This document shows, in pieces, positions 51,925 through 64,000 of a stretch of 64,000 nucleotides of DNA; position 1 is the stretch's first letter, and each line of letters begins with the position of its first letter. Source of the stretch: an uncultured Chloroflexia bacterium. GTDB taxonomy: Bacteria > Chloroflexota > Anaerolineae > CG2-30-64-16. The position numbers and the translations under genes were made by a program. Location: positions 352,001 through 416,000 of the forward strand of contig CAVZDU010000010.1 in the NCBI GenBank assembly GCA_963774265.1, given 5' to 3'. Below the pieces are notes generated by a model. That model saw only the letters and a list, made by a program, of their open reading frames with translations, made no database searches and was not told the origin of the DNA.

Positions 51925-53293
51925 TGGGCGATGCCGGCTGCCCGATCATCGACCACGGCCCTGTCCAGGTGATCCTCACGGATGCCAGCCGCCCGCGCCA
52001 GTCGCGGGGATCATCGAAGTAGACCAGCTTGTTCGTGCGCGTGCGCCCACGCCAGCGGCCCTTGTGCTTCTCCTCGACCAACACCTCGACGATCTCCCCC
52101 AGTGACCGCCCGTTGATCTCCCCTACCACCTCCGCCTGCAGCGCATCCAGGACATCCCACCGGCGCTTCTTCTCGATTGCAGGGACATCGTCGATCATTC
52201 GCCGCTCGCTGACGGTGCCGGGTCGCGGCGAGTACATGGCCAGGTGGACCTTGTCGATCTTCAGCTCAGCCAACAGCTCGTAGGTGCGCCGGAACTGCTC
52301 TTCCGTCTCCCCGGGAAAGCCGACGATGATGTCGGTGTGGATGGCTGAATGGGGCATCTTCCCGCGGATGTGGCGCACGAGCCGCCGGTACGCTTCCACC
52401 GTGTAGCCGCGCTTCATATTGAGCAGCACCTCGTCGTCGCCCGCCTGCACCGGCACCTCGATCTGTTCGCACACCTTCGGCAGCTCGGCCACCGCGTCCA
52501 GGATGCGGTCGGTCATGTAGCTCGGGTGGCTGGTCAGGAAGCGAATGCGCCACAGCCCGTCGACTTCGTGGACCGCTTCGAGCAGGTCGGCCAGGTCCGG
52601 CCTGCCCTCGGGGAAGTCCTTCCCGTAGCGGTCCACGATCTGGCCCAGCAGGGTCACTTCACGCACGCCTTGCGCCACGAGCCCACGCACTTCGCGCACG
52701 ATTTCGTCGAGCGGCCGGCTGCGTTCGACCCCTCGCCGGAAGCGGGATGATGCAGAAGGTGCACGCGTGCGAACACCCATACACGATCGGCACGTGCGCC
52801 ACAATCGGCGCCTCGCCCTGCAGCGACAGGTGCCGGATGCTCTGCAGGGGGTGCTGTGGCTCAGTCGGTTCCGCGTCCAGCTCCTGCATGGCGTGCCGGG
52901 CCGTTGTCAGCTCCTCGTCCAGCCGCCGCGCATCGGCCTCGACCTCGCCGCTGCTCAGGTAACTCACCAGCGGCCCCGGATCGGACGGCGGCATGAACAC
53001 ATCGACGAACGGGAAGCGCTCCTTGAGCACGCCGTTCGGCTTGATGCCCACCATGCAGCCCATCAGCGCAATCACCCGGTCCGGGTTCTCGTCCTTCAGC
53101 GGTCGCAGCGACCACAGCCGGCCGACCGCGCGGTCCTCGGCGCTCTGCCGCACCACGCACGTGTTCAGGACGATGACGTCGGCGGTCTCGGCGCGATCGG
53201 TCGGCGCGTATCCCAGCGCGTCCAGCTCGGCCGCCACGCGCCCCGAATCCGCCTCGTTCATCTGGCAGCCGATGGTCCAAATATAGTATCGCT

Positions 53294-53297
<4 letters not shown>
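51905..53297 (-). CDS. miaB: tRNA methylthiotransferase MiaB (indel near 52740)
   Basis: [31 protein letters not shown] (radical SAM CxxxCxxC), [15 protein letters not shown] domain. Confidence 0.95.
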
Positions 53298-56432
<3,135 letters not shown>

Positions 56433-56552
56433 ATGACCCCAGTTCTGCCTCTCAAACCATGTCCGTAAGCGCCGCGCGAGCGCGGCAAACTCCTATTCTA
56501 CCACAGGATGTCAAAAAAGATGATCCGTGCTCAATTCGATTTTGCGATGAGT

Positions 56553-57056
56553 TTAGGGGAGGTCTTTCCCGAGGACTAGGAGCCGAGGCGCATATCCGGG
56601 CAGATCGCGGCGATACTGCCCACCCGTATAATCGTAACCCTGCGACAGCCAGAAAGCGATCTCCACCGCCGCGTGGCTCACCACACCCGTCTCCACGCGC
56701 ACTGCGCCGAACTGGGCCGCCAGCCAACGTTCGAGGATGCGCAGGCTAAGCCCGCGGATGCTGGGGTCATCGTACGGGGCCACAAGGAGGAGCATCCCGA
56801 TATGGGCGAGGCCTTCCTCTGCCTCGTCCAGCTTGCAGTCGATCGCACCGATCAGGTCGTCATCGAAGAAGACGCCGAATTGAAACCGGCCGGGCGTGGT
56901 GAGCGCATCGATGAAATCCCGCGCGGCCAGCTCCGGGTCCGGAGGCTTTCTGATCCACTGCTGAAAGCTCGCGGGCGACGCATCGTAGAGGCGCTGCAGC
57001 GCAGGCAGGTCCGAGTCAGCCACGAGGCGCAGCTCAAATGACAGTGGACGGCCCAC
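56553..57056 (-). CDS. GNAT family N-acetyltransferase
   Basis: LIGAID, AHIGMLLL, AFWLSQGY. Confidence 0.75.
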   Translation of the reverse strand: MGRPLSFELRLVADSDLPALQRLYDASPASFQQWIRKPPDPELAARDFIDALTTPGRFQFGVFFDDDLIGAIDCKLDEAEEGLAHIGMLLLVAPYDDPSIRGLSLRILERWLAAQFGAVRVETGVVSHAAVEIAFWLSQGYDYTGGQYRRDLPGYAPRLLVLGKDLP

Positions 57057-57068
57057 AGGTTGCGCCGC

Positions 57069-58835
57069 CTACAGGGCCTCGACCCTGGTCGCCAGCGCCT
57101 GCAGCTCGTCCTTCATGCCGCGCAGCGTCTTCTCCGCGTCGATGAGCATCACCTGCTGCGTCTCGACGAACCGCGTGTAGGGCCGCATCGCCTCCCGGAT
57201 GTTCGCCAGCGACCGGGTGATCTCCGTCTCGAACTGGCTGCTCAGCGCCTTGCCCAGCCGCTCGCGCAGCTCATTGATCTTGTCTTGCAGCTCCAGCTTG
57301 GCGCGGCGTCGCTTGTTCGGGATGATGTAGAGGCCCAGCGCAGCAACCGCACCCGCGGCCAGCACCCCAGTCACATCCGCCAGCGTCGCAACCAGCACCT
57401 TCACCAGCAGCGCGCCCAGCCCCACCGCGCCCACCTCGACCAGCGCGGTCTGTGCCACCGCCCGCTGCACCGACTCGCCCAGCTCGCGCGCCTCAGCCGA
57501 GTGGTCGTACGTGGCCACCACCTCGCGCGCGGTCCGCCCCACCGACTCGATCAGCTTCTGCCGGTTGAACTCGAACGCACCCCCCACCTGTCCCACGATC
57601 TCGTCCTGGTGCCGCGCGATGCGCTTGTTCAGATACTCCATCACCGCCTGCCACTGCCGGTAATCCTGGTCCACCAGCCAGTCGATCAGGTCGCGCGTCT
57701 GCGTCTCCACCTGCTGCGGCGTGTCCGCGATCACCTGGTGCTCGAACATCCCGCGCACCCGGTCCGCGTTGATCAGGTCAAAGATCCGTTGGATGCGGAT
57801 CGTCTCGTCGAAGAAGTTATCCCCCCGCTGCGCCATCCCGTAGAGCACGTTGTCCACGTGGCTCAAGTGGTACTTGAACTCACGCCGCATGTCGCCCTCG
57901 TAGGCGCCGAGCTGCGCCTCGATGGTGCGCACGGTCTGCACATCATCCTTGATCAGGTCGCGCCGCGCCCCTGCCACCTCCAGGTACTTGTCGACCAGCC
58001 GCTGCGCCACCCCCAGCGGATTCGCCAGCTTCAGCCGCAGCCGCTCCTTCTCGTCCAGTGTATTCAGGATGAAGCGCTCCAGCGGCTCGAACCGGCTCGC
58101 GGCCCACAGTCGCGTGCGCTCATCCGCATCTGCCGACCCTTTGGCCTGCCGCGCCTGCCGGCTCGACACGCCGAACACGATCGGCTCGCGGCCCAGCAGC
58201 ACCTGCGCGTTCTCCTTGACAAACTCCATCACCTGGTCGAGATCCACCGGCTCGTGGATGTCGATCTTGTTGACGACAAACACGACCTTTTTGCCCCAGT
58301 CGCGGATCTGGGCGATGAACTGCCGCTCGCTCTCGGTGAAGGGACGGTCGGCCGAAGTGACGAAGAGAATGAGGTCCGCGCGCGGCACAAAATCGGTCGT
58401 GATCTGTTCGTGCTTGCGGATGATGGCGTTGGTCCCCGGCGTGTCGACGATGTTGATGTCTCGCAGCCACTCCGCAGGATAGGTCACCAGGATGATCTCC
58501 CGGTCGCCCGGCCCATAGGCCGTCGCCGCGCCGGGTATGATCGTCGGGTCGTCCCCGTATTTGATGATGTGGATGGCCGAGGTCGTCGGGGTCACCCCCT
58601 CCGGTAAGAACCGTTCCCCCAGCAGGGCATTGATGAACGCGGTCTTGCCCGAGTTGAACTCGCCGACAATGACGAGCAAGAACAGCTCGTCCAGCTGCAG
58701 CTGCGACCGGTCGAGCACCGCCAGGTCCTCGTCCGCCGCATCCAGGCTCTGCAGCGGCCCGCGCAGCATCGTCAGCTGCCGCCGCTCCGCCCTCAGCAGC
58801 TCCTCTTCCCCCGGCGTCAAAAACCTCTTCAGCAT
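57069..58835 (-). CDS. Bacterial dynamin-like GTPase (FZL/mitofusin-like)
   Basis: VGEFNSGKT (G1), GVTPTT (G2), IVDTPGTN (G3), VNKID (G4), helical stalk, paired hydrophobic helices near the C-terminus. Confidence 0.9.
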   Translation of the reverse strand: MLKRFLTPGEEELLRAERRQLTMLRGPLQSLDAADEDLAVLDRSQLQLDELFLLVIVGEFNSGKTAFINALLGERFLPEGVTPTTSAIHIIKYGDDPTIIPGAATAYGPGDREIILVTYPAEWLRDINIVDTPGTNAIIRKHEQITTDFVPRADLILFVTSADRPFTESERQFIAQIRDWGKKVVFVVNKIDIHEPVDLDQVMEFVKENAQVLLGREPIVFGVSSRQARQAKGSADADERTRLWAASRFEPLERFILNTLDEKERLRLKLANPLGVAQRLVDKYLEVAGARRDLIKDDVQTVRTIEAQLGAYEGDMRREFKYHLSHVDNVLYGMAQRGDNFFDETIRIQRIFDLINADRVRGMFEHQVIADTPQQVETQTRDLIDWLVDQDYRQWQAVMEYLNKRIARHQDEIVGQVGGAFEFNRQKLIESVGRTAREVVATYDHSAEARELGESVQRAVAQTALVEVGAVGLGALLVKVLVATLADVTGVLAAGAVAALGLYIIPNKRRRAKLELQDKINELRERLGKALSSQFETEITRSLANIREAMRPYTRFVETQQVMLIDAEKTLRGMKDELQALATRVEAL

Positions 58836-58840
58836 CTTCC

Positions 58841-58896
58841 CCTCAACCCCCAACCTTCAATCTTCAATCTTCCATCTTCAATCTTCAATCGCCCAT
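58841..58896. repeat. Heptamer tandem array (CTTCAAT/CTTCCAT), 8 units
   Basis: CCTCAAC CCCCAAC CTTCAAT CTTCAAT CTTCCAT CTTCAAT CTTCAAT CGCCCAT. Confidence 0.85.
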
Positions 58897-60659
58897 CTGC
58901 TTACATCAAACACGCTCTTCAACACCTGGATCCGCTCCTCCGGCGTCGCCCAGCGCAGCTGGAAGTTCTTCTCGATGACGGTGACCAGCAGCTCGGTGTT
59001 GATCAGCTTCCCGTCATAGATCGTATGCCGCGCCACCAGCCCGGTCCGCGTCGGCCAGCTCCACGTCTGGTCGAAATACAGGTTCCCAAGCCCATACAGT
59101 ATCAGCCTGCCGTCCCGAATCTCCACGGCCTGCGGCGCATGGGCCATCACACCGGTCACGACATCCGCGCCCGCGTCGATCATGCCGCGGAAGTCGGTCT
59201 CCTGCACGCTGATCGGCTCGGTCTGGTAGTCCCCCGCACTGTTGAACTCGGTGTGCTGCACTTCGGCAAACACCAGGTCCACCGTCGGCTTGAGCGCCTG
59301 GATGTCCGCCTGCATGGTCGCCAGGTCGAACCGCGCGGCCCCCGGATTGTCCTCCCCCGCCCACGCGCTTACAGCCTCGCCCTTGCCGTTATAGTACTTC
59401 TCCGGTCCCCACTGGTTCGCGGCCAGGAACCCCAGCCGGTTCCCGTTCTGCGTCAGCACCAGGGGCTTCCGCGCCGCCTGGTCGTTCAGGCCACCGCCGT
59501 AAATCGGGATCTTCTTCTCTTCGTAGAACGCCAGCGACTGCCGCATCGCCTCATACCCGAAGTCGTTCTGGTGGTTGCCGCTCAGCCCGATGGCATCCAC
59601 CCCCGACAGCGCCAGGTTCTCCCAGTAGTCGTTGTGCGAGCACAGGATCAGGTTGTTCAGGGTGTTGTCGGCCACGCAGTCCGGCAGGAACGGGATCTCA
59701 TTGCTGATGATGGTGAGGTCCGCCGCAGCCAGCTCCGGCCCCACGACCCGCGCGAGGAAGCCGCTGTCTCCCGACCGGTCGATGGCCACCGCCGAGTTCC
59801 GCGCCATGGCAGTGACGCCCGTCATCACCAGCACGGTCAGCTTGCTCGCGTCCCGGTTGGTCACCGGCAGCCGCCCCGCCACCGCGGCCAGCGCCTCGCG
59901 CCCCCGCTCCGTTGCCCCGACCAGCGCGGCCCGGCGGGTCAGCGACCACTCGTCCGCCCGGAAACGGTTGTCGACCGGCGACTGCCCGTCCACCTTGATC
60001 GCGCGCAGGCTCACGGTCAGCGCATCGAACGGGACGATCCCCAACCCCATCTTGTCGCCCCATACCGCGGCCTCGACCCCCTCCGCCGGCGTCGGCTTGA
60101 CCTGGGCGCCCGCCTCGCCGAGCAGCGGTGTCAGCAGCGCCACATCCTCCTGCCCGACGTAAATGTTATCGAAGTTGGGGGTCGTGCCCTCTCCCGTCCA
60201 CACGGCCACGAGCTCATCGAGCGTGATGCTCTCCAACACGCTTGACATCCGGTCCACCGGGGTGAACACCTGCTCCCACGCCAGCACCGCGCCATCCGTG
60301 CCGGGGTTGATCACCCGCAAGTCGGCCTGCTCGGTCACCTGAGCCACGTCGCCCCCCTCGGCCGCCAGCGCCTCCAACACGGGATCGATCGCAACCCCAG
60401 GCGCATCGGGCGCCAAACCCACCCCCAGCGGCCGCAGGTCCGCGGTCGGCGTCGGGGCCACCCGCGTCTCGGGGGCGAGGGCGGTCGTCGCAGCGCCCGC
60501 AGGAGCAGTGAGGGCCGCCGCCGGCGCAACCGGAACCCCGGTGGCGGCCACCGCGGGCGTGACCCGCGCCGGCGCAGCCCCGTTACCACAACCCCCAACG
60601 AGCACGGCCACGAGCAGGGCAACCGCCGCCGTGCGACACAGGCGAATCATCAGACCCAC
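58878..60659 (-). CDS. CapA/PGA_cap family metallophosphoesterase lipoprotein
   Basis: Lipobox VGGC; ISNE, LSGNHQNDFG, AGADVVTGVMAHAPQ, YGLGNLYFDQ; GAGGAG RBS. Confidence 0.85.
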   Translation of the reverse strand: MGLMIRLCRTAAVALLVAVLVGGCGNGAAPARVTPAVAATGVPVAPAAALTAPAGAATTALAPETRVAPTPTADLRPLGVGLAPDAPGVAIDPVLEALAAEGGDVAQVTEQADLRVINPGTDGAVLAWEQVFTPVDRMSSVLESITLDELVAVWTGEGTTPNFDNIYVGQEDVALLTPLLGEAGAQVKPTPAEGVEAAVWGDKMGLGIVPFDALTVSLRAIKVDGQSPVDNRFRADEWSLTRRAALVGATERGREALAAVAGRLPVTNRDASKLTVLVMTGVTAMARNSAVAIDRSGDSGFLARVVGPELAAADLTIISNEIPFLPDCVADNTLNNLILCSHNDYWENLALSGVDAIGLSGNHQNDFGYEAMRQSLAFYEEKKIPIYGGGLNDQAARKPLVLTQNGNRLGFLAANQWGPEKYYNGKGEAVSAWAGEDNPGAARFDLATMQADIQALKPTVDLVFAEVQHTEFNSAGDYQTEPISVQETDFRGMIDAGADVVTGVMAHAPQAVEIRDGRLILYGLGNLYFDQTWSWPTRTGLVARHTIYDGKLINTELLVTVIEKNFQLRWATPEERIQVLKSVFDVSRWAIED

Positions 60660-60711
60660 GACTAAATAACTCCTCTTGTCCCAGGCACAACCAGCGCTAT
60701 TATAACACACC

Positions 60712-60746
60712 CCTCAACCTTCAATCTTCCATCTTCCATCTTCCAT
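60712..60746. repeat. Heptamer tandem array (CTTCAAT/CTTCCAT), 5 units
   Basis: CCTCAAC CTTCAAT CTTCCAT CTTCCAT CTTCCAT. Confidence 0.85.
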
Positions 60747-61355
60747 CGTCACCGCAATCTCCCCCCGCCCCAGCTCACCCACCGCCCGCACCAGCCCCGC
60801 CGCCTGCTCCTTGGGCGCCTCCACGTGCCACGTGACATCCGCCGCGAAATCCCGCCCGATCACGGTCGCCTCGAACTCGGGCAGCAGCCGCTCCAGCGGC
60901 GTGACCCAGTGATACGCGCCGCTCAGCAGCAAGGTCACGACCTGTACTTTCTCCCGCACGGCCAGCACTTCGAGCACGGCCTTGACCCCCCCGCTGTACG
61001 CGCGCACGAGCCCGCCCGTGCCCAGCTTGGTCCCGCCGTAATAGCGCGTGACGACCACGGCCAGGTCCCCCACGCCGCTGCCCAGCACCACGGCCAGCAT
61101 GGGCCGCCCCGCCGTGCCCGAGGGCTCGCCGTCGTCGCTCATGCCCGCCATGCCGGTCGAGCCCGGCGGGCCCGCGGCAAACGCATAACAGTTGTGGGTC
61201 GCATCGGGGAATTCGGCCCGCACGGCCGCGATGAACGTTTTGGCTTCGTCCACGCTTGCGGCCGGGCCCGCGGTGGTGATGAACCGCGAACGCGTGATGA
61301 CCTCCTCAACGCGCGCCCTTCCGGCCGGGGCCGGGTAGCGCGTGGGGGAGGTCAT
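60714..61355 (-). CDS. yigZ: IMPACT family protein YigZ
   Basis: SRFI, DATHNCYAF, SDDGEPSGTAGRPML, VTRYYGGTKLGTGGLVRAY. Confidence 0.93.
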   Translation of the reverse strand: MTSPTRYPAPAGRARVEEVITRSRFITTAGPAASVDEAKTFIAAVRAEFPDATHNCYAFAAGPPGSTGMAGMSDDGEPSGTAGRPMLAVVLGSGVGDLAVVVTRYYGGTKLGTGGLVRAYSGGVKAVLEVLAVREKVQVVTLLLSGAYHWVTPLERLLPEFEATVIGRDFAADVTWHVEAPKEQAAGLVRAVGELGRGEIAVTMEDGRWKIEG

Positions 61356-61375
61356 CGACTGCTTACCTTGCTTTT

Positions 61376-63920
61376 CTACTTCACCCAGAGCGGGTCCCAG
61401 TCATTGTGGGGTGAGTCCAGCAGCCGCCGCTGATTGCTGCCGTCGGCATTCATGATCCACAGCTGGCGGCGGCCCGTCTCCCGGTTCGACCAGAAGACGA
61501 TCTGCTTCCCGTCGGGCGACCAGGAGGGATGCTTGTCCCACTCCCAATTGTTGGTCGTCAGGCGCCGGAACTCGCTCCCGTCCGGCTTGATGGTGTAGAT
61601 CTCGTCGTTGCCCGGCTCCTCGGACACCAGCACGATGCGGATCATCCACCGGCGACCAGACCGGGTCGTAGCTCCAGCTTGAGCCGACGTCAGCTGGCGC
61701 GTGTCTTGAACTCCGCGTCGCTCACGAAGAGCTGCGGTGACTGCACGGTGAAGGGCTTGCCTGTGGTCTCGTTGACCAGGTCCGTGTTGGCGTTGCGCAC
61801 GGAGACCGTGAAACGCCCGTCCGATGAGCGCGTTTCCTTCGCCAGCGCCAGGTTGTACGGCCAGCTCTGCGTCACCAGTGCCAGCCGTCCGCTGGCCGGA
61901 TCCAGCGCGAACAGCTGGGCCTGGCCGCCGTCGCGGTCGCTCACGAACAGGATCTTGCCCGCCAGCTCGCGCGGCATCGCCGCCGGGATCGCCGGCGTCG
62001 GCGCCGGTCTGGCCGTCGGCGGCAGCCGGTCGAGGTAGAGCACCAACGGCAGCGCGGTCGGCACGGGCGTGCGCGTGGCCCTGACGGAGTTCGGCGGGAA
62101 CGGGGTGAACGTTCCGGTGGTCACGGCGACCGCGGTCGCGTAGGCTGCCTGCGCCTCCCTGGTCGCCGCGTTTCCCGGGATCGGCGTGTCCACGATGATG
62201 AACGTCTCGGGGTCAGGGTCGCCAGGATCGCGTTGAACGGCAGCGGCGTCATGGTGCCCGCGCGACCGCGACCTGCGCCGTCGCCGTTCGCATCTGTGCG
62301 GCCGCGGTGATGACGTTTCTCGGCATCGGCGTCGGCAGGACCACGACCGGCGTCACCGCGTTGGTGGGAACGGGCGTGAACGTGCCGGTCGTGACCGCCA
62401 CCGCCGTCGCGTACTCCGCCAACCGCGTTGCAGTGGCCGCATTCGCCGGCGTGGGCGTGCTCACCACGATGGGCTGCCAGCCGGGGATGCCCAATGCCTG
62501 CGCAGTCGCCAGGTTGGCTGGAATCGGCGTGGGAGTCACGACGCGATAGGTCAGCGGCGTGGGCGTGCCGATGGTCTCGACCATCGCGGTTGCGGTCCAG
62601 GCCTGGGCTGCCACCGTGAGCACGTTTGCCGGGGTCGGGGTCAACGTGGCGATGATCACCGCCTCGGTCGGCAGCGGCGGCGTGTGGGTCGGCGCAGGCC
62701 CCACGGTCAGGGCGAGCTCGGGCCCCTCCCCCACGGTCGCCGCGCCCGCGCCGCTGTCCCACGCAAACACGGTGTCGCCCCCGCCCGCGGGCCCGGTGAT
62801 CCGCACGATCACGGCGGTGGCGCCGTCGATCAGCTGTCCCTCCAGCCACGCCCGCGCCGAATCGTCGAGCTGTGCGACGTTCACTTCGCCCACGCCCAGG
62901 TCAGCCGCAAAGAAGGTCGGGAACAGGCTGACCGCCGGGGGCGCGTTGTATATCGTCTGGAAGTCCGTCCGCGCAAAATCCGGGAACGCCGCATCGGCTA
63001 GCAGCTGTACGGACCACGTGCCCCCCGCGTTCGGATCGAACCGCCCGCCATCCAGCCCCGTCAGCCGCAGCTCGCCCGCCCGGATCGGCGCCCCCCGCGC
63101 CACGCCGCTCAGCTCGATCCGCGCCGCCGCGATATATGGCTGTCCGCCCGCATACCCCGCATACAGGAACGAGTCCCCCAGGTGGTTCCCCCGCGCATCC
63201 CCGCCGGTCCACCACCCGGCTTCCCCCGCCTTCGCGGCGAGCCCCACCATCCGCCCCCCCGGCTCCGCAGTCGCCGCGCTTGTCCGCGGCGCCGCCGCGC
63301 TTGTCCGCGGCGCCGCCGCGCTCCCGCGGCGCCACAACCCCGGCCGCCGTAGGCCGCGGACTGGCCGGCGGCAGCGGCGTGGACGTCGGAACCGCCGTCA
63401 CGGAGGCCGTGGCGCTCGCGTTCGGCAGGGTCGCCGCCGCCTCCCGCCTCGCCGACCTCGCGTCGGCCCAATACACCAGCGCCGCCGCCAGGATCACCAC
63501 CCCCAGCACCCCCCAAACCGCCACCGGCAGCCACCGCCCACCTCGTCGAAGACCATCCTGAGCGGAGCGGCGCGCAGTCGCATCCTGAGCGGAGTCGAAG
63601 GCAGCATCCTGAGCGGAGCGCAGCGAAGTCGAAGGACTCTTTGCCCTCTTTGGCGTAACGGTGAGCTCAGTCTCCCACTCCCCGATCACAAACCGCGGCA
63701 GCGAGGGCGGCCCATCCTGCGCGGCCTTATACTCCGCCGGCGTATAAAGCGGACACCCCACATGCTCGCTCGACAGGCAAAACCGCTCCTGGTGCCCCAA
63801 ATCCGGCGCGTCCACCGGCCGCACCGCATAACACCGGTTCTCCCCGTGCGGCGCCCCGTGCACCATGCTGCGATCACGCACCATCCCCAAATGCGGGCAA
63901 TAACTCACTCTCTGCTCCAC
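61376..63920 (-). CDS. Large single-TM protein: Cys-rich N-terminus, extracellular domain, Thr/Pro/Ala repeats, TolB-like PD40 repeats (several indels)
   Basis: CPHLG...NRC...RFC...GCPLY; TM; repeats; [52 protein letters not shown]. Confidence 0.75.
63273..63333. repeat. 21-bp coding tandem repeat, two exact units plus one shortened unit
   Basis: GCCGCGCTTGTCCGCGGCGCC twice, then GCCGCGCTCCCGCGGCGCC. Confidence 0.85.
63554..63636. repeat. Three tandem copies of the CATCCTGAGCGGAG palindromic element inside a CDS
   Basis: Copies start at 63554, 63581 and 63605 (spacing 27 and 24 nt); the last two end in GTCGAAGG. Confidence 0.85.
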
Positions 63921-64000
63921 CCTTCGCGTTTATGCATGAGTCTATCATACACCGCGTCGATCCGCTCGTACACCGCCTGCCACGAATACCGCGCCTCCAC

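Noticed and set aside
56433-56552. LexA/SOS box upstream of uvrA
   Set aside because: No GAAC-N4-GTTC or CTGT-N8-ACAG match found by eye

Overview
A 64-kb GC-rich bacterial chromosomal segment, probably Chloroflexota (Anaerolineae/Caldilineae-like; inferred from gene content and the many Pro/Thr-rich lipoproteins). It is mostly housekeeping and envelope genes: glnA, dodecin, a BTAD/ATPase/TPR regulator, tRNA-Gln(CTG), mreBCD-mrdA-rodA, tilS, rlmI-like, hpt, rplY, fabF, tlyA, alaS-ruvX-mltG, pdp, trmFO, two LysM surface proteins, miaB, uvrA, a dynamin-like GTPase, a CapA-family protein and yigZ. One complete IS is present (20825-22444; 19-bp terminal inverted repeats, 9-bp target duplication). 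Many conserved genes are split by single-base indels, which I read as long-read consensus errors rather than pseudogenes. Best leads: (1) an in-frame LysA-DapF fusion whose epimerase has Ser at both catalytic Cys positions; (2) a three-gene glycan module: a catalytically degenerate clan GH-A barrel fused to an O-antigen-ligase domain, then UDP-xylose synthase, then an ANKH/MATE-like exporter; (3) an uncharacterised two-gene operon predicted to encode multi-winged-helix/B3-like and Zn/wHTH nucleic-acid binders; (4) an orphan membrane-anchored baseplate-J-like protein coupled into alaS-ruvX-mltG; (5) a palindromic DNA element (CATCCTGAGCGGAG...GTCGAAGG) inside two protein-coding genes; (6) heptamer arrays bracketing the capA-like gene. 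All family calls come from motif recognition by eye; no database searches were run.
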